DNA from: a virus
Reading direction: 5' to 3' (one strand)
DNA: 64,000 nucleotides
Virus record (IMG/VR): IMGVR_UViG_3300032229_000759
Span: 1-64,000 of that record
Shown in pieces: positions 38,580 through 51,500 of this stretch. Position 1 is the first letter of the stretch. Every line of letters begins with the position of its first letter. The notes under the pieces are model-generated. The model saw nothing but the letters and a program-made list of their open reading frames with translations. It did not search any database and was not told the DNA's origin. The translations under genes were made by a program, and so were the position numbers.

Positions 38580-40232
38580 ATGTCTACAGATACTTCGCCA
38601 GTAATAATGAAATACGGAGATTTTCAATTTTCCGCGAAAAGCGGATATCCCGTTCCTATGATATCTATTGGTCAAGACTATCAAAGAGATGGCGCTGGTA
38701 GGTGTGTTGGAGCCACGGTTAATATTACATTAGAGGGACAGATTTTTGCTAGTGGAGCTAGTGGGCTAGCATATTTATTAACTAAAGAAAGTGGTCTGAG
38801 AGATGCTTTTACCTACGATGGTAGAACTTTTAGTTTTGGATGTAATACTGATAACTATAAATATAGTGGCATTAAAATTAATAGATATAGTGCTAATAAA
38901 AGTTCCAATAATTGGATGTCCACTATAGATTATAGTATAGAACTAGTTTCAGAAGTAGCAAATACGGGATCTGGTATCTTTTATGTTACTAGTACTCAAG
39001 ACGATTGGACACTAGAAGTTTTAGACGAAAATAGTTATGCTCAGGGAGCTTTTAATTTATCATTACTAAATAGTAATAGAGTAATGCCGTTTGATCAAGG
39101 TAAAGAATATCCTTTTTATAGAATTACTAGAACTTTAGGCGCCATTGGTAAATATACTTTTTTACCTTCTGATAATAAGCCTACACCACCTACCGGTGGT
39201 ACTACAGCAATATCCAGAGCTAAAGAATGGGTTAATTATCAACTATCATCTTATCCCACATTTACTGGTATTATTAATGATACTAATATTAAATTATTTA
39301 ATTTTGCTAGAAATATTAATGCTAGTGAAGTTGCTGGCTCTTATAGTATTACAGATAGTTGGATAGGTATCCCAACCTCTGCTAATAACAATCCATATAT
39401 AGATGCTTTTACAGTAGAGAGTGTTTTGGATAGCAATCTAATACGCACAGTCACCATTAATGGTACAATTCAGGGATTAGAGCCTTTTAATAGTGGATTA
39501 GTTTATGATAAAACACAAGCTAAATATTTAGATTCTGAAACCAATAACAGAAATCTTAGAGATACTATCGATACCACCATAAAGTCTAATTTTCATGTGC
39601 CACAATCTTACTTGGGTACTAAATTTTATCACGCTATGAGCGGATATAGTGGAATTAAAAGTCAAGTTTATAATAGAGCTAGATCAGTATTTTTTACCGG
39701 TTCAACATATGGAGATTTTAGTTGGAGCGCTTCATTTGCTCCTTTTAAACCACAAGAAAATGGGTTGCATCCTATACCCATTTCTATTACTGAAGGATTT
39801 GATCCGGCCAAAGGCACCGTAACATACAGTTGGAGCTTTAATAATAGAACACAAAATATTATCAGTAATTCTTTAAGTGAAAGTTTAACTATTGATGATC
39901 AAGGAGCCACCCCTAATATTGCTTCTATTTTCGTGTTGGGTCGTTCTTTAGGTCCTATTCTACAAGACTTAGGCACATACACATCTTCCAGCAGAAGTGT
40001 AACTTTTGAAGTTGTATTACCCAGACCCTCTAGCTTAAGAAATATTCAATTTCCTGCTAATCAATATACCGAAATTAATAATGTTGTGGATTCTTGTAAA
40101 CCAGAACAATTAGTATATAATACTAATGCGCAGGGTATACGATCTTATGTAAAAAGTGATACCACTAACTGGAACCCATCCGAAGGAAGATTAGTAAGAT
40201 CTAAAACCTGGGAATGGGTAAGATGTTTCTAA
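38580..40232 (+). CDS. Putative distal tail/hub protein
   Basis: 550 aa beta-rich; NITLEGQI and TVTINGTIQGL repeats; position downstream of TMP. Confidence 0.45.
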   Translation: MSTDTSPVIMKYGDFQFSAKSGYPVPMISIGQDYQRDGAGRCVGATVNITLEGQIFASGASGLAYLLTKESGLRDAFTYDGRTFSFGCNTDNYKYSGIKINRYSANKSSNNWMSTIDYSIELVSEVANTGSGIFYVTSTQDDWTLEVLDENSYAQGAFNLSLLNSNRVMPFDQGKEYPFYRITRTLGAIGKYTFLPSDNKPTPPTGGTTAISRAKEWVNYQLSSYPTFTGIINDTNIKLFNFARNINASEVAGSYSITDSWIGIPTSANNNPYIDAFTVESVLDSNLIRTVTINGTIQGLEPFNSGLVYDKTQAKYLDSETNNRNLRDTIDTTIKSNFHVPQSYLGTKFYHAMSGYSGIKSQVYNRARSVFFTGSTYGDFSWSASFAPFKPQENGLHPIPISITEGFDPAKGTVTYSWSFNNRTQNIISNSLSESLTIDDQGATPNIASIFVLGRSLGPILQDLGTYTSSSRSVTFEVVLPRPSSLRNIQFPANQYTEINNVVDSCKPEQLVYNTNAQGIRSYVKSDTTNWNPSEGRLVRSKTWEWVRCF

Positions 40233-40242
40233 AGGAATTATT

Positions 40243-43200
40243 ATGCCTTCAATTAAAACTTGCGGTGGCTCATTTATAGAAGTAGGCCCATACGAACAAA
40301 CGCTCTTTTTAGGGTGTAGTGTTACTAGCTTTAATATGAACTTGGGTTGGGGCGCAGATGCTAGTAATATTACAGTAAACTTAACACAAGATTCGTGTCA
40401 TCATCCGGTTTCTCAAAGATCCGGACCCCTAAGAACTTTAGCCACTAGCAAAGATAGTTTACCAGCAAATGCTCCATCCACAGCGTTAAATAATGTTAAT
40501 GGTATTTCTGATGATGCTAGTAAAAATTTACATAGACCAGTTATAAAAAATGTTTTAAATCAATTTGCAGAAGATAGTCCGGGTAAAGTATATTGGACAC
40601 TTAATGGAAAAGGCTATTGGGCCGGTCCAGATCCGGGGTTTGTAGGCAAATACTACGATATCATAGGGGCCCCTGCTTATTTTAAGTTTATGGACGGCAT
40701 AGAGTTTGGTGGAGTTATTGCGGATTGGAAAGTTAATAATTCTTTACAGTATGAAGTAAATATAAAAAGCTATGCAAGCTTATTGGGCGGATGTCAATTA
40801 ATTATAGACAATTATATTGGTTCTATATCTACTATTATCAACGATAATATTGCTGTACCAAGCTTAACTTTAGGAGATTTTAGCGGTTCTGTCAAAAGGG
40901 GTAATGTGCCCAATGTTTTTAATATATATGGATATTTAGAATCTTATGGTTTCGGCACAGCGGGTAAAACCGACGGAGGAGTATCTGCTTTACAAATATA
41001 TAGAGCCTTACAAGACTTAACAAACGGTACTCAAGGACCATACTCTCCTTATGGAGCTATTGTAGCTAAACATTTAACAACTTTAGAGGGTGGCTTTGTT
41101 AATGTCTCATCTACTAATATGACAGTTGATGGCTTAAGTATTAGTTTGGCAAACTTGGGTCTGTCCCCAAATATCCCTGCAATAGATGGTATATCTAGAA
41201 CTTTACTTAAATTAGATATTAGCGAAGTACCTGTTCCGCCCAATGATTTATATATTTCTAGTTCTTATATTAGTATTTTAGATTTTATTTCCCGTATTTG
41301 TAGTGGAGCAGGTTTTGATTTTTATGTTAGTTTCGAAAAAGATCTGTCTGGAAATTTTTCCGGTATACTAAAAATTAAGACAGTTAGTCGAAGGGTACAG
41401 CCTAAAAAAGATATTATTAGAAATATTATTAATCAAGCTGTGACCCAAGGACAAAAGATAGTTTCTTACAACTACGGACAAGAATTTAATGATCAAGAAA
41501 CAAGATCTATGTATATTGGAGGACCACAAAAAAGATTATTACAAGTGCTGTCCACACATTTGTCTAATAAACAATCTAGTTTAGTATTCGACCCATATGC
41601 TAAAGATGGTGGTGGAGCGTTTATTAATTATGATTTTTCTGATGGACAGCATAACTATATTAGAGTGCCAGATGAAGGCAACTATAGAATGAATCAATAT
41701 TCTACTGATGGTGGTGCCGCTGTCGGTCAAAATAATACTATTGATAATTTTAATCAATCAGATTCTTTGGGTAATTCTTTAACTATTGCTAAAGGCAATT
41801 ATTATCCTTCTGAGCAGGTGGTTACTCAAGACAATACTACGTCTCAAAATCCTCTTTTAAGAAACACAAATAGCTATCCGTTATATTTAGATTTAATATC
41901 TCCATTTTTTGGCACTCACGGAGACAATAGTGGTCAGAGCGAATCGTCTAATAGCGTATCATATCAAGAACCACGCAAGGTCTTTCTTGACACAAAAATG
42001 GGGCAACTACAAGTAGCATTTCGCACCAACGATATTACTACAATATTATCTAAACCATATTTTTCTAATGGTGAATTTGTAGTATTAGAAAATGAATTAA
42101 GGGCTGCTGGTTCAGGTTTCGAATCTTGGTTTACTTATTGTTTTGATAATATATTTTCTACTGATATTGCGGATTTGCTATATGCCTCTTTTAGAAATAA
42201 TTATCCTAAATTTGCTAATAAGAATAAATTTTTAGCTGGTCTTAGTATTATTAATTGGAATTCTATATCAAAATCCAGTGCTGTTCAAGCTAACGATCCA
42301 CGACCATATGCTATCAACATAGACAATGCCCAGCCATATGTTAAATTTTTATATAACGACTTACAAAAGGTGCATGCATTTTTTCAAAAAATAGCACAAG
42401 AGCATTATGGTAAACAGTACATGGTTCGTACCCCCCGTATGCAATGGTATAGAGACGGCGATTTAAAAGTATCTTTTGGTAATTTTGCCTACCCCGGTTC
42501 CGGGAAAATATTTACCGATTGGGAAATATCTCCAGACGGAGCATGGGAAGAACCGGGCAATGTTATAGATGATACTATGGTTGTTGGTTCTACACAAGCA
42601 GATTTATTTTGTGGCGACGACGGTAAAATTCAACCAATTTTAGGATTCAATGCTAATGGAGAACTAGGAAGCAGAGACTTATGGATAACAACTAATTTAA
42701 GCAATCTTAATAATCCTCATTTAATTGGAAGTTTAAGGCTTGTACAAACTCAAAGTGCTGTAACTGCCAATAATAATTTAGAGCCATTCTTTTACTTTCC
42801 TCTAGAGCATAATTTAGATCCTGATAGCTATCTTTATATTAAATATACAAGTCCTCTTAAAAGCTTGGGGGGACTCGGTAACACCGACTCCTCTATGTTA
42901 AATTTAAAAACTGCACACGGAACATCTATACCAGATTCTTGGCATTATAAAATGTATGTAAAGTCTACTGCTAATGATAAAATTTTGTATTTAGATGGAC
43001 AACCACGAGCCGTAATTTCTACTCCATCGCCAATTTTGGTAGGAGGCGGGAAAAATGACACAGAAGATTCGTTATTCTTTTGTTGCTTGCATGACGCTAT
43101 TTGCATACTAAACAATGGGTCCACTATGCCTAGAGGAGCGTCAACTTCTGGCCCTAGATTGAAAAATTCTTTAAATAATTTATCTACTATTTTATTTAGC

Positions 43201-45501
43201 TGGGGCCTGGCTAGTGTTTTAAGATTAGCTGGTAACAAACCTTCCTTAACTATAAATAATTCATCACAGAATGTGGGAATGATGAAAAAAGCTTCTTGTC
43301 CAGCCTTCGCCGCCCTACCTGTGCAATTCAATAGGGCAACTTATGGCCCATGGATTAATCATCCTGGTTTAGTTGGTAATTTAATTTTTCCTGGATTAAA
43401 TAATGTAGATAATTTAGTAAATAATATTGTTGGTGGGGTTAAGGTAGACGTAGACACCGGACTAGTGCCGTGGGAGTATGGTGGTATGGATGCTCTAGAC
43501 GCTGCTGTTATGAATAGAATTAAGGACGATATCAACTATCAACAGATTACTGAACAAGGAACTTTGGATGTTGCTGGTTTGGTGTTTGCTGGTCCTGGTA
43601 ATGCTCCATATGGTATTGGTGGTATTTTATCAGAATCTGCAAACGCAACTGCTGGGCCTATTATTAATAATATTAATATTTCTATAGGAGAAGGTGGAAT
43701 AACAACAAGGTATGGTTTAAGAACCTATGTTAAAAAAATAGGATTCTTCAATAAAGAAAATGCAGATAGAATTAAACAAATTAATTTAGAATTCTTAAAA
43801 AGACGACGAGAACTAAATAATAAAGTTAACGATAGTACAGCATATTTCAAAAGCAATGCTTTTACTAGTTCACAAGGAAATGGACTAGCTCCTGGAGAAA
43901 CACCAAAGCCATTAAGATGGAGTCCTTTAGAAGTACTAGCAGGAGGAGCATATCCCCATGTGCATTATACTAGCTCTGTTGATAATGCTTTTACTGATTT
44001 AGGATTTAGTCCATATTGGTCTCAAAAACCATATGGCAACAATGTTGAATATAGACCAAAAGATATGGCTAGATATTTAACTAACGTAGCAGTACAAGAT
44101 ATACAAGAATTGCCCAGAGAAATTCAGGATGATTTTGCTAATAAGTCTTTTATGAGTTTAGACGGTCTTTTGTCTCCTATATCTTTTTATCCTACTCCAT
44201 ACGGCTCTACATATAATATTACTAAATATCCTCGTTCTAGATGTCCTTTTTGTAAAGGTAGCAACGAATATTCTTGGGAAAGATATGATTTGTCTCGTAA
44301 TAAAAACGGTTTGCCCAGATCGATTTCTGAGTTACAAAATTTAAAAATCACAATAAAAGAAAAACCCTGTCCATTCTGTGAAGAAGATGTACAGAAAGAT
44401 AAAAGAAAATATATTAGCGCCTCTCCAAAAGAAACTACTCCGCCATATATTTTAGCAAGCGGAGAAGATGATCTTACTATTATTTCGCGCAATAGTTTGA
44501 ATGCTTTGAGTGGACTTAGTGGAAATCCTGTTATTAATTATGGAACACTAAATCCTATATTGTTACCTAGTGGCGAATTTAGCTGTTATCAAAATAGACA
44601 ACAGAATGATTTTACTTCTCACTCTATAGATCTGGTAGGATTTGGCTTAACCGTACCAGAAAATGAAAATTCGCTTAAGCCTGCTTATAGTGCAGATATA
44701 GAAAAAAACTTTTTAGATTATGATCAAAACTATATAGATTATTGCCAAGCTAATAATCAACAACCCATAGGCATTACGCCATCTAATAATATGAGATTTT
44801 TTGGTTTACGAGGACCGCTAATGGTACACGGTTGGGGTTATGATTTAGAGGGCTATCCTGTTCCTAATGCTTCTGGTGAATATAAGCTTCAAAACGGACA
44901 ACCAGTGAAAGACGAGAAAGATAATCATATATATAAAAATCAAACTAGAAATCCAGATGGCTCGTGGACTAAACCATATAAAGAAAATAGTTTTTATAAA
45001 GGCTGGGGACAGTTACCCGGCACATGGCCGGTTGGTCCTATAGATTTGCGATGGGACGAAAAAGCTGGTGTATGGACAGTTGGAGCAAATTATAAGTCGG
45101 TATGGATTGTACTAGAAACAGACCTAGTAAAAGGACAACCATCTAGAGGAACAATATTAGAAGATCAAATAGATAATAGTCCTCTACCGTCTGGTATAAG
45201 AAGACTAGTTTTTGTTAAGGACACACTAGGGGTCAGACCAGCACCCAGAGCAGCCCCGGTTTATTGTAAATATAATGGAGAAAATGGTTTTTATGAACCC
45301 ATATATAGCACAGTTTATACTAGTTCTGGTATTATAGCGGGAGATAACTCTGTAGATATGTATACTATATATAATAATACTAATAATACTACCTATAATA
45401 CTAAATTTGATAATCCTTTAGACTTTAATGTTAATAATGGGGACAAGGGCTTGTTTTCTTATATTAATGGTGTCTGGGTTTTACAGTCATATAGGTGCTG
45501 A
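40243..45501 (+). CDS. Putative tail tip/baseplate hub protein (1752 aa)
   Basis: FLGCSVTSFNMNLGWG start; ISILDFISRICSGAGFDFYV hub-like motif; INNINISIGEGGITTRY; CPFC...CPFC. Confidence 0.55.
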   Translation: MPSIKTCGGSFIEVGPYEQTLFLGCSVTSFNMNLGWGADASNITVNLTQDSCHHPVSQRSGPLRTLATSKDSLPANAPSTALNNVNGISDDASKNLHRPVIKNVLNQFAEDSPGKVYWTLNGKGYWAGPDPGFVGKYYDIIGAPAYFKFMDGIEFGGVIADWKVNNSLQYEVNIKSYASLLGGCQLIIDNYIGSISTIINDNIAVPSLTLGDFSGSVKRGNVPNVFNIYGYLESYGFGTAGKTDGGVSALQIYRALQDLTNGTQGPYSPYGAIVAKHLTTLEGGFVNVSSTNMTVDGLSISLANLGLSPNIPAIDGISRTLLKLDISEVPVPPNDLYISSSYISILDFISRICSGAGFDFYVSFEKDLSGNFSGILKIKTVSRRVQPKKDIIRNIINQAVTQGQKIVSYNYGQEFNDQETRSMYIGGPQKRLLQVLSTHLSNKQSSLVFDPYAKDGGGAFINYDFSDGQHNYIRVPDEGNYRMNQYSTDGGAAVGQNNTIDNFNQSDSLGNSLTIAKGNYYPSEQVVTQDNTTSQNPLLRNTNSYPLYLDLISPFFGTHGDNSGQSESSNSVSYQEPRKVFLDTKMGQLQVAFRTNDITTILSKPYFSNGEFVVLENELRAAGSGFESWFTYCFDNIFSTDIADLLYASFRNNYPKFANKNKFLAGLSIINWNSISKSSAVQANDPRPYAINIDNAQPYVKFLYNDLQKVHAFFQKIAQEHYGKQYMVRTPRMQWYRDGDLKVSFGNFAYPGSGKIFTDWEISPDGAWEEPGNVIDDTMVVGSTQADLFCGDDGKIQPILGFNANGELGSRDLWITTNLSNLNNPHLIGSLRLVQTQSAVTANNNLEPFFYFPLEHNLDPDSYLYIKYTSPLKSLGGLGNTDSSMLNLKTAHGTSIPDSWHYKMYVKSTANDKILYLDGQPRAVISTPSPILVGGGKNDTEDSLFFCCLHDAICILNNGSTMPRGASTSGPRLKNSLNNLSTILFSWGLASVLRLAGNKPSLTINNSSQNVGMMKKASCPAFAALPVQFNRATYGPWINHPGLVGNLIFPGLNNVDNLVNNIVGGVKVDVDTGLVPWEYGGMDALDAAVMNRIKDDINYQQITEQGTLDVAGLVFAGPGNAPYGIGGILSESANATAGPIINNINISIGEGGITTRYGLRTYVKKIGFFNKENADRIKQINLEFLKRRRELNNKVNDSTAYFKSNAFTSSQGNGLAPGETPKPLRWSPLEVLAGGAYPHVHYTSSVDNAFTDLGFSPYWSQKPYGNNVEYRPKDMARYLTNVAVQDIQELPREIQDDFANKSFMSLDGLLSPISFYPTPYGSTYNITKYPRSRCPFCKGSNEYSWERYDLSRNKNGLPRSISELQNLKITIKEKPCPFCEEDVQKDKRKYISASPKETTPPYILASGEDDLTIISRNSLNALSGLSGNPVINYGTLNPILLPSGEFSCYQNRQQNDFTSHSIDLVGFGLTVPENENSLKPAYSADIEKNFLDYDQNYIDYCQANNQQPIGITPSNNMRFFGLRGPLMVHGWGYDLEGYPVPNASGEYKLQNGQPVKDEKDNHIYKNQTRNPDGSWTKPYKENSFYKGWGQLPGTWPVGPIDLRWDEKAGVWTVGANYKSVWIVLETDLVKGQPSRGTILEDQIDNSPLPSGIRRLVFVKDTLGVRPAPRAAPVYCKYNGENGFYEPIYSTVYTSSGIIAGDNSVDMYTIYNNTNNTTYNTKFDNPLDFNVNNGDKGLFSYINGVWVLQSYRC

Positions 45502-45506
45502 GAATT

Positions 45507-48500
45507 ATGGGATGTTGTTCTATATTTAATAAATCTTTATTTAGTGACGTAAATATAGAGAACTTAGATTGTAATATTGATAGCTTAAAAAAGTTTATAC
45601 GCTCATACGACGATTCTATCAGCGGCTTGTGGCTTCCTATTATAATAAAACCAGACCAGAAAGCAGAGTATGGGGAATTATTGTCTCCGGCTCGCACCAC
45701 TATCAACAACCCTTTTGATCCTTGTAATTGTGTTTCTGATATTTCTAATGATTATAATGAGTTAGAGTCCGATACGGCATTTAATTGCTCTTATTGCTTA
45801 TCTATGCTTCCTACGAATTTTTCTAAGTCTTGGAAATTAAAAGACACTGACGGCAACGAATCAACTCAATCTTTTATTGCTGACTGCACAAGCGGCGCTT
45901 GCGACACAAGAATGCAAAAAGATGATTATTTAGCAAAAATTCCTTATATTAATCAAAAATACATCAATCAATTCTCAGACTTCAAATATTTACAAGAATT
46001 TCCTTCCATAACCAATGGAGGACTGGGTTTTGAGCATTTTGTATTTTCCCAGGGCGGAGCGCAGCTTAATAGTTTTTCTTACACTTCTAATAAATTTTAT
46101 ATCGACTGGGTGTTAAAGCCATGTTTATCGGAAATTCCTTATGATCCTTTAACGTCTTCATATAATAGCAAAGATGATCACGATAAAGCATATGCTAGAG
46201 CAATGCAAACAAATAAAACTTGTGGTAATTTTATTTTAACCACAGTTAATCCTTCCTATTCGGGTATCAATCCTTATTATCCTATTTTTAGTGGTTTAAT
46301 AGGTGACCCCGAGCAAGGTTCTGTAAGAGACTCTTATTCTAAATTATTGCCCAAAGCAGAAGATTTTACTTCTCCTTATGGCTTTACCAATCATACTTAT
46401 GACAATATTTTTGTTAAAACAGAAAGATTAGGATCTTATTGGAAATGGAACTATAAAGAAGGTATTTTAGGATGGTATAGACATTTTGATAAAGACAAAA
46501 AAGATGACACAAGGCCCATTAAAGGCATAGATTTATATATTGCTCCTGGTGATGTTTTTTGGGCAACTAATCAAGGACCAGAGCCTCCCCCAATAGCTAA
46601 TAGAGGAAATCCAGATATTAAAAGCTGTCCATCCGGCTTAAAACTTATTAAAAATAATATAGTTACAGGCGTTATTCCTAGCGGATCAGAATTTACATAT
46701 ATTTCTAGTAATCTATACTCTAGATTTTTAAATATTTATGCTAGAATAGATAAAAATGATCAGTTAATTAATTTAACGTCCAATGAGCCAATCAAAAAAT
46801 TTCGTTTGGCAGCTATGTTATGTACAGCTCCTCAATATGACGAAATTACTATTGATTTATTAAAACCCAATAAGGTAGCCGGTTTTGATGAAGCTCCATC
46901 TGTTTTAGAGGGCCGAGGAAAGAACGAAGAGAAAAACTATATTACTATTAATAATTTTGGACAAAATTTAGATTATAATCGAGATATGTCTACTAGCTTT
47001 ATTGGTAGTGTTAATGGTTTTGGTTTTATAAAAACAAAAAGTGATTTAATCAATACATTAGCAAATAAATATGGAGGATATTTGTGGTGTCCTATGGATT
47101 CTACTTTATCTTTAACTTATGATACAAAAATTAAAGACCAGTGTTATATAGATTTAAATTATGATATAGTAGTTAAAAATTCTTTAGTAAAAAATCAGCC
47201 CCAGTGTAGTACAGAAATTGATTGTTCAGAATTTACGGGTAACATATTTTCATATAATCAAAATTTATCACATAAACATACTTTAAGTAGTCAAATTAAT
47301 AGTATCAAAAACTATGCAACATCTTGTAATAACGGAGAGAACACAATAGCAGCAGTGGTACAAACCGCAAAACTATCTTTAAATAATAATAAAATAAAAG
47401 AGATTATAGCTTCCAGTGGTTGTTCCATATTTAATAATACCTATCCAAGAATTATTACTAGTAGCTCTACTAATAGTTGTAGATATTGTGGTCCACAATC
47501 ATCCTACGGACTAGTAACTAGTACAGATAATAATGTTTGTAAGAACGGAGACGGCACACCAGATAATTTTTGTGATTATAAATTGGCAAATTTTTACAAT
47601 AATAGCGAAAATCCACAAGCCGGTTTGATAGGAACCAGAATACCTAGAGAAATCATAGACGGTACACTATATTTTAAAAGACAGTATAACGCGTTTGTAT
47701 TTGATCCCCGAATAGACAAGGCAGCATTTCATCATCAAGACGGCGTTTATTTTGAATCTAATGTTTTTAGTTCAATTTCGGGATCCACCTACTTTCTGCA
47801 AAACTCATCTTCTAGTAGTAACACAGATGGACACGATGTATCTATTCAATTTGACACTAAAAAAGTTGGTATCAAACTATATTCTGTTAAGATAGAGAAA
47901 CTAAGAAGTAGTTCGGAGTCTTCTGCTGATTGTATAGCTTTTCCTAACAATGAGCCGTGTAAATGTTATGGATTAAGTTTGGTGCCATCATTTTTATTTA
48001 ATTGCAGGGATAGCTCTTTCACTTTTACTAATGATCCGGTATTTTTTACTCCTAATTTATCGACTAAATACGGACCTACATTTAAAGCTTATGGCGGATA
48101 TTCAGAAGATTATATTAATAAGTTATTTATAGAATCTAATAATCGTATTCCTAATCATCCAAGAATAGGTTCTGTTTTAAACTATTTATCTAAAAAAATT
48201 GATCCAGAATTTCCATACGGATGTGAACAATCTATTAGCTTAAATTTACCCAATTATGTAAAAAACTCTTGGTCTTTTACTATTTCTAATTTTAATACTA
48301 ATCATGCGGATGTTTGGGCAGAAATTCTAGAAAATGTTGATTTATTCAATCCTAATAATTATAGCGAAAATGAATACGGAGAAACCGAAGCTAGTACTAA
48401 TGTTGGCTATCAAAGATTTGCAAATAAAGTAGAAATTAATAATAAAACATTATATGATAAACAAAAAAAGATTATCTCTACTAAAAATGATTCAATTGGA

Positions 48501-51500
48501 GCTATTAATGTTGTTTTAACTAATCCATATTTAGTTTCTCTTATGGGAAATAGTATATATTTATATCCTCCAAGTGGCACGTTTTGTTCTAATGAAACAG
48601 TATACGGCGGTCGCGGAGATGAACTAACTATAGTTCCTATTAAATTTACCAGAATACCCAGAAAACAAATATTAAATTTTGGTATACATCCTATTCAACC
48701 CATGGGTACTTTAAGCGCCGGGGCTTTTCATCCAAACAAAGGATTAGAATACTCTAATACTACCTCACCTTTTGGCCCTTTATTTACTAATTATTCCTAT
48801 GTTCGTGATGAGTATTATTTTGATTATGATCGAGATATTTTTCCTATTGAAAATACATATACCGATCCAATAACGGGTGTTGAAACAACTACTACTTCTC
48901 CGCAAAGATTCCAAAGCTATGTATTCATTGGAGATCTAACTAAAAAAGTTAAAGACGTATTAAACCAAATTCAAAATTTAAATAACGATGTTTCTAAGCT
49001 TAGGTTGTATTTAAATATTAATAATCAATGGTATATATATAATACTTCAAATTTATTTGGTTATATAGCCAATAATAAAGCTTATAGTGGTCCACCACTA
49101 GCTTTTGAATATACTCATAAAGATTATAAACAAACTTGTCCTATATTAATACCTAGTTCTCCTAAAAAACATATTACTTTTAATTATTTGAGATCTCCTT
49201 TAGATAATGACGTGTTCGAAACAAGACGCTTCAACGACTTTCCTTTGTCAGTAGCTGTAGCAAAAAAATATGATCTATCATATCCATTTATTCCTGAAAT
49301 TTTTAATATTGAAGAAGTTAACAACAAAGTAATTCGTATAGAAGGTATTCGTCCATATTTTATGTTCGAAGAAGAGTTTTTACCCACACAGTCTAATGCT
49401 ACATCTATAGCCGGCTTAGAAAGCACCGTTATAGAAAAAATTAATGAGACTAATCCTTATGTGCATCTTGTGAATAAAGAACAAATTTGGATGTATAAAG
49501 GATACGGAGATAAAAGAGTCGTAGCTTCTTATTTATTAACCGGTCGAGGATCAGATAGTTATTATGATTTTTTGTATACTAATTTTAGCAATCTTAACAT
49601 AGATTTATTAGCTACTAATTCAGATGGATATATACATAATTCTTATAAAAAGATTAGCTCTATACCGTCTATATTTATAGAAGAATCTTATAGTAAAAAT
49701 TCATCCCCATTTATTGCTAAATATTTAAAAATAGAATATGTTGATACTTATGGTAATATAATAAAAAAACAAAATATAAGAAATAACGCTCGTCCTAAAG
49801 CCTATACATATTTTGTGCTAGATGGTAGGAGAAGAGATCTGGGGGATTTACCAGAAAAAATACAACAGATCACGTTGTATCAGTCTCTTCAACAAACACT
49901 AAAGAAAGAATTAGATCCCTATTTGACTAGCATAAATCCAGAACTGCGATCAATATCTTTTGAAGAAAAAATTAGACAAATACTCAGCAATACATATAGC
50001 GACTCTTCTGCTAATGTGCAATTTTTAAAGAATCTTCCTGACAGAGCTAAATGGTCAGATATTTTAAATTTTGACGGCAATATTATTAATGATATTACAA
50101 AATATAATTTTACTATCCATGACCATAAGCGTATCTATCCTAGTAGTTTATATCTAAATAATTTTTATAAATTAATTGTAAATTCTAATAGTAATCATTA
50201 TAACTTTCGTGCTTTATTTAATGGTGAGGATGACTGCAACTATAATGGCAATGTGTATTATTGTATACATCAAAAATATAATACAGAAAATCAAGATAAC
50301 TATAATATTAACAATAATTTATTATCTAATTTTAATAATTATTTACCATATATAGATATAAATATATTTTCTAATCGCTTTAGTTTCAGCGCCCCAACAC
50401 CTTCGGGTACGGTGCAAATAAGTGGTATCCACCAATACTTAGACATTGACCATGACTGGGAATCATATCATAATCCAGTAACAGGATCAGCATTATTTTG
50501 GATTAATATAGACCCAGCATTTGACCTAAAGTCTTGTTTAACTTTTGATCAAAAAATGTATTCTGATACATTTAGAATAGATGATGTGCCATATCAATTA
50601 TATGATATTGATTGTACTACTAATTATAATGCTGATGGATGCCGTCAAACATTTTTCCCAACCGTTCCAAATTCAGAGATTACATCTTATAATGTTTTTA
50701 ATTTTGAAACTGAGTATTTGACAAGAGTTACTGGAACGTCTCCATTTGTAAGATTTCCTGTATATTGTGATTCAGACGCTTTAGATACTTGCGGAAGCAA
50801 ATCGTGTGGTATTAAAACCGTTGGTTCAACATCTTGTAGCGGCATATATAAAATCTATGAAGAAAAAAATATCCCCATTACCGGCATACCAGAAAGTGTG
50901 CCATATATTATATCTTATGAAGGAGGTAATTATAACCCTCTAGGTAATAATCAACCTCACTATATTCAGCGCTTTGAATTATCCCCAGAAAATCCTTTAA
51001 TTGTTAGTTCGGGTTCTTCTTGTTCATTATTGCCATTAAGACCCAAAAGAGATTCCCTAAACAATAATAATAGATTATCTGTTTTAAACGAAGACTATCA
51101 AGCAGCATTAGAAAGCTCAATAGTAAATGATCATTCTGCTACTGTAGTGGACACAGATATATTTGCTAATGAAATGTTATTTAGATTAATGTATGGAGAA
51201 AAACAAAAAATTAATTTAAATACATTAAATAATCAAAATCAAAACATCACATATATGGATTTATTAAAGCATACAGACCCCAAAGTTACTGCCAAAGATA
51301 TATATAAAAATATTCCATATGAATATGATACAACCGCCCCAGTAGAAAACAGAATAATCACCGGATCCATATCTGTACAAGGAACCTTAAAAGTTGGTAA
51401 GTCAGTTAGTATAAGAATAGGCTCCCATAATCTTTCTTGTGGTGTGATTAAAGAGAATGGAGATATAAAAATTCAGGCCAACTATAATGGTGAATCTATT

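Noticed and set aside
19026-45501. Contractile tail, tailocin or eCIS
   Set aside because: No sheath, baseplate wedge or PAAR/VgrG-like genes recognised; the linked replication genes indicate a phage
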